In this document: piece after piece, positions 54,172 through 57,084 of the stretch
Layout of the letters: each line of letters starts with the position of its first letter
How positions within the stretch are numbered: the stretch's first letter is position 1
Virus record (IMG/VR): IMGVR_UViG_3300040047_000001
Coordinates: 1-57,084 of that record
Length of the DNA: 57,084 bases
Reading direction: 5' to 3' (one strand)
Source: a virus
Lineage: Duplodnaviria; Caudoviricetes
Notes under the pieces: generated by a model
Database searches by the model: none
What the model was told of the DNA's origin: nothing
Seen by the model: only the letters and a program-made list of their open reading frames with translations
Made by a program: the position numbers and the translations under genes

Positions 54172-55785
54172 ATGCCCACCACCAATAAGTACAACAGCGT
54201 CGTGGTCGCGCTCGGGCGTGGGCTTCCATCCTGGGTGACTGATACCGATGACCAGATCCGTGTTGGGGCCTATGACGCCTATGACGACATGTACAAGAAC
54301 GTTCCTGACACCTTCAAGGTGGTTATGCGGGGGACTGACGATCGACCCGTCTATGTGCCGTCTGCCGCAAAGATCATCGAGGCCACCAACCGATACCTCG
54401 GCAAGGACTGGAACTGGAGCGTCGCGGCTGTCGGCCCAGAGGCCCAGGTTGCTGAAGCTGGGCGGGCTGAAGTCGAGTTGGCTATCGGGAACCTCGCCGT
54501 CCGCGAAGAGCTGCTGAGCAAGTTCTATTCGCTCAAGCGCAATATGCTGAAGCGGGGTGATGCGTTTCTCCACATCACAGCGAACCTCGGGCGAGCTCCG
54601 GGGAAGCGCCTCGCCATTACCGAGCTGTCGGCCCGTTCGGTATTCTGGATCACCAGCGCGCTCTCCGACGAAGAGAAGCTGGGCGTCTACATTGTGGACC
54701 TGATCTACGCGGACGACGGCACGACTCAGATCGCGCGACGTATGGAGTACCGCTATAACGAGTCGGGCGGAGTCGACGCGCGGCTGACGTTCTGGGAGAC
54801 CAACGCCTGGGACGATCGTTGGACTGGGCACCCCGCGCTCAAGCCTGTCGCGGTACCGACGTCCTACAAGGTGCCGGAGCTGACATCGTTGCTGAGTGGC
54901 TATACGCTGCCACCGAGCGTCGTCACGCTTCCGGTGTACCACTTCCGGAACCGCCGTGAAGGCGGAGAGCCATACGGCACCTCGCAACTCGCCGGAGTCG
55001 AGACCCTCATCGCCGCCATCAACCAGACGGTCTCCGATGAAGACATCACGCTTGCGCTGCAGGGGCTTGGTGTCTATATGACGGACTCTGCTCGTCCCGT
55101 CAACGACGCAGGCGAAGAGGTGGACTGGGAGATCTCGCCTGGCGTGGTGCTAGAGATGAAGCTGGGAAGCAAGCTTGCCCGGGTCGAAGGTGTGTCGAGT
55201 GTTGTCCCGTTCCAGGCCCACCTCAAGTACCTCGAAGACTCGATGGACCGCTCGGTGGGGCTCTCCTCCACAGCGATCGGCGAGGTAGACGTCTCGGTGG
55301 CAGCGAGCGGTGTAGCGCTTCGGCTCGATATGGCGCCGATCCTCGCCCAGAACGAGGAGAAAGAAGCCGAACTGCTGGATCGGCTGGACCAGTTGATGTT
55401 TGATCTCCTGACGCAGTGGCTGCCGCTGGAGCAGATCGTTCAGGTTCAGCCAGGAATCAAGATCACCAATAGCTTCTCCGATCCGCTCCCGATCGACAGG
55501 GCCGGCATCATCGCCGAAGTCGTCCAGCTCGTGACGGCCAGCTTGATGTCGCGAGAGTTCGCCATCGCCTACCTGACGGCGAAGCTCGGTTACCAATTCC
55601 CGAGCGATATGCTGGCGCGGATCCTGAATGAGGAGGACACGGTGGCGTCGCGGCTCGCGGCGGAGGCGACCGGTGGTGCGATCCCCACCGACGACGGAGC
55701 CGGGAACATCGCCGTCACCCCGCCCGGAGTTGAGGCGGCTGCGACTGTGCCTGGTCCGGCTCCGGTGGCGTCGGCGACGGCGTAA
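54172..55785 (+). CDS. Portal protein
   Basis: 537 aa after terL; PVYHFRN...YGTSQL and ASGVALRL motifs of SPP1 gp6-like portals. Confidence 0.92.
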   Translation: MPTTNKYNSVVVALGRGLPSWVTDTDDQIRVGAYDAYDDMYKNVPDTFKVVMRGTDDRPVYVPSAAKIIEATNRYLGKDWNWSVAAVGPEAQVAEAGRAEVELAIGNLAVREELLSKFYSLKRNMLKRGDAFLHITANLGRAPGKRLAITELSARSVFWITSALSDEEKLGVYIVDLIYADDGTTQIARRMEYRYNESGGVDARLTFWETNAWDDRWTGHPALKPVAVPTSYKVPELTSLLSGYTLPPSVVTLPVYHFRNRREGGEPYGTSQLAGVETLIAAINQTVSDEDITLALQGLGVYMTDSARPVNDAGEEVDWEISPGVVLEMKLGSKLARVEGVSSVVPFQAHLKYLEDSMDRSVGLSSTAIGEVDVSVAASGVALRLDMAPILAQNEEKEAELLDRLDQLMFDLLTQWLPLEQIVQVQPGIKITNSFSDPLPIDRAGIIAEVVQLVTASLMSREFAIAYLTAKLGYQFPSDMLARILNEEDTVASRLAAEATGGAIPTDDGAGNIAVTPPGVEAAATVPGPAPVASATA

Positions 55786-55788
55786 GCC

Positions 55789-57084
55789 ATGCCGGCTGTG
55801 GCGCCTGCTCCACAGGAGTGGAGGATCCAACAGGCTATCGCTATGCAGCGAGCCGACAAGCAGGTCCTGGCACAGCTTAAAGCGAGCCAGACCGCGCTGA
55901 ACGCTCAGCTGAAGGCGCTTGTCGCGCGGCCTGGTTTCTCCAACTCGATCCGGGAAGCACAGCTCCGGCTCGCGAAGCGCGAGATCCAGACCGAGATGGC
56001 GAACCTGTTCCGGAAACTCGGCGACATTACCTCGGCGATGCGGCTGGAAGCGGCTGCCCGTGTCCTAAAGGTCAATGAGCAGCTCGACGCCTTCAAGTTG
56101 CTCGGTGCTGGGCTCGCCGACGGGGCGGACGTCGCCCGGGCAATTGCTGATGCTGAGTTGGATGCCGCCAGGAGTGGCCTAGACCGGATGATTGCGCGTG
56201 TTCAGGGGGCTAGCTACAATTCCCTGTCGCAGCGCGTCTACACATCCGCTAGCGGCCTGAACGGGCCGATCTCGACGCTCGTGAACAACGCGCTCGCGGC
56301 TGGGGTGTCGGCTCGGGAGTTTGCGAGCCTTGCGAAGGACTTCATCAACCCGCTCACGCCGGGTGGTGTCCGGTATGCGTCGTATCGGCTCGCCAGGACT
56401 GAGATCAACAACGCCGCGCACGCGGTAGCAGTCGACTCGGTTCAGGACAAGCCTTGGGTGAGCGGGATGCGGTGGCACCTCTCCGGCTCGCACCCGCGCG
56501 TCGACATCTGCAACTCGCTGGCCGGGGGCGGACCGAAGCGCGACGGCGTGTATCCAAAGACGGAGGTCCCTGCCAAGCCGCACCCGCATTGCTTCTGTTA
56601 TGTGACGCCGGAGACGGACGACGAAGAGGAATTCCTCAACAACTTGGTAGCCGGGCACTATGACGACTACTTGGAGAAGTACCGCAACATCAAGCCGGGC
56701 GAGATCATCACCAGCCGTCGCTTCGGAGGGGCCACGCAGCCCTCTCAGAAGGCCCCTACGCCTGTGCGCACGCTCAAGTCGGTACCCGCGACGTCTAGAG
56801 CTAGCGCAGAGCCTGTACGTCAAGTACAGAGGCCGTTCGATGATCGCGTGGCAGCTGCCGCGAAGGAAGCTGAAGCGCTCGCGAAGGCTCCAGTCTCCAA
56901 GTCGATCCGACAGGGAGTGCCCTACCACCTTCCGCTGGACCAGGCCCGTGCACTCGGTGAGTATGGTGGCTTCCGCTACAACGAGATCAATGGTGTGCTT
57001 CGCGGCACCCGAACGGCCCTGCGACCGGAGCCGGGTGATGCGTCGGTACCGTCGATTGTGCGACGGATAGATGCGGCGATGAAG
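55789..57084 (+). CDS. MuF-like minor head protein fused to an ADP-ribosyltransferase (546 aa once joined to 135-479)
   Basis: Translated by hand (missing from the ORF track because there is no stop before the window end): RLARTEINNA, WHLSGSH...DIC, PHPHCFCY, Pro/Ala linker, then the ART domain. Confidence 0.9.
   Translation, partial: MPAVAPAPQEWRIQQAIAMQRADKQVLAQLKASQTALNAQLKALVARPGFSNSIREAQLRLAKREIQTEMANLFRKLGDITSAMRLEAAARVLKVNEQLDAFKLLGAGLADGADVARAIADAELDAARSGLDRMIARVQGASYNSLSQRVYTSASGLNGPISTLVNNALAAGVSAREFASLAKDFINPLTPGGVRYASYRLARTEINNAAHAVAVDSVQDKPWVSGMRWHLSGSHPRVDICNSLAGGGPKRDGVYPKTEVPAKPHPHCFCYVTPETDDEEEFLNNLVAGHYDDYLEKYRNIKPGEIITSRRFGGATQPSQKAPTPVRTLKSVPATSRASAEPVRQVQRPFDDRVAAAAKEAEALAKAPVSKSIRQGVPYHLPLDQARALGEYGGFRYNEINGVLRGTRTALRPEPGDASVPSIVRRIDAAMK
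56951..57084. repeat. Terminal direct overlap, copy 2
   Basis: Matches 1-134 with one mismatch. Confidence 0.95.

Noticed and set aside
56951-57084. Biological direct terminal repeat
   Set aside because: It falls inside a continuous CDS, so an assembly overlap of a circular contig is more likely
1-57084. tRNA genes, integrase, repressor, inteins or introns
   Set aside because: None recognisable by eye; DnaE, TerL and the helicase have ordinary lengths. A tRNAscan or HMM search would be needed to exclude them formally

Overview
This window is an apparently complete, circularly assembled siphovirus genome (56,950 unique bp; positions 1-134 recur at 56951-57084). It has high GC, and the host is probably actinobacterial. 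All credible genes lie on the + strand. I saw no integrase, repressor, tRNA or CRISPR, so the phage looks strictly lytic. Gene order: terminase, portal, MuF minor head protein fused to a VIP2-like ADP-ribosyltransferase (spanning the window junction), scaffold, capsid, neck and tail, tape measure, minor tails, lysis genes. Next comes a ~6.5 kb array of promoter-leader-gene-terminator cassettes, then replication and nucleotide-metabolism genes (SNF2 helicase, RecB-like nuclease, AAA ATPase, SSB, FAD oxidoreductase, DUF1599-like protein, UDG, DnaE, ThyX, MazG-like protein, RuvC-like resolvase, primase-helicase), an AT-rich origin-like gap and dCTP deaminase. The most striking unexplained signal is the 10-mer GACAAGGGGA, which lies at the ribosome-binding position of seven genes in the cassette array and one later ORF. 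Its exact complement (TCCCCTTGTC) occurs twice elsewhere, each time in the loop of a different intergenic stem-loop (30261-30315 and 54071-54146). This suggests phage-encoded antisense hairpin RNAs that regulate translation of an early gene regulon. All product calls come from motif recognition and gene order by eye; no database search was run.
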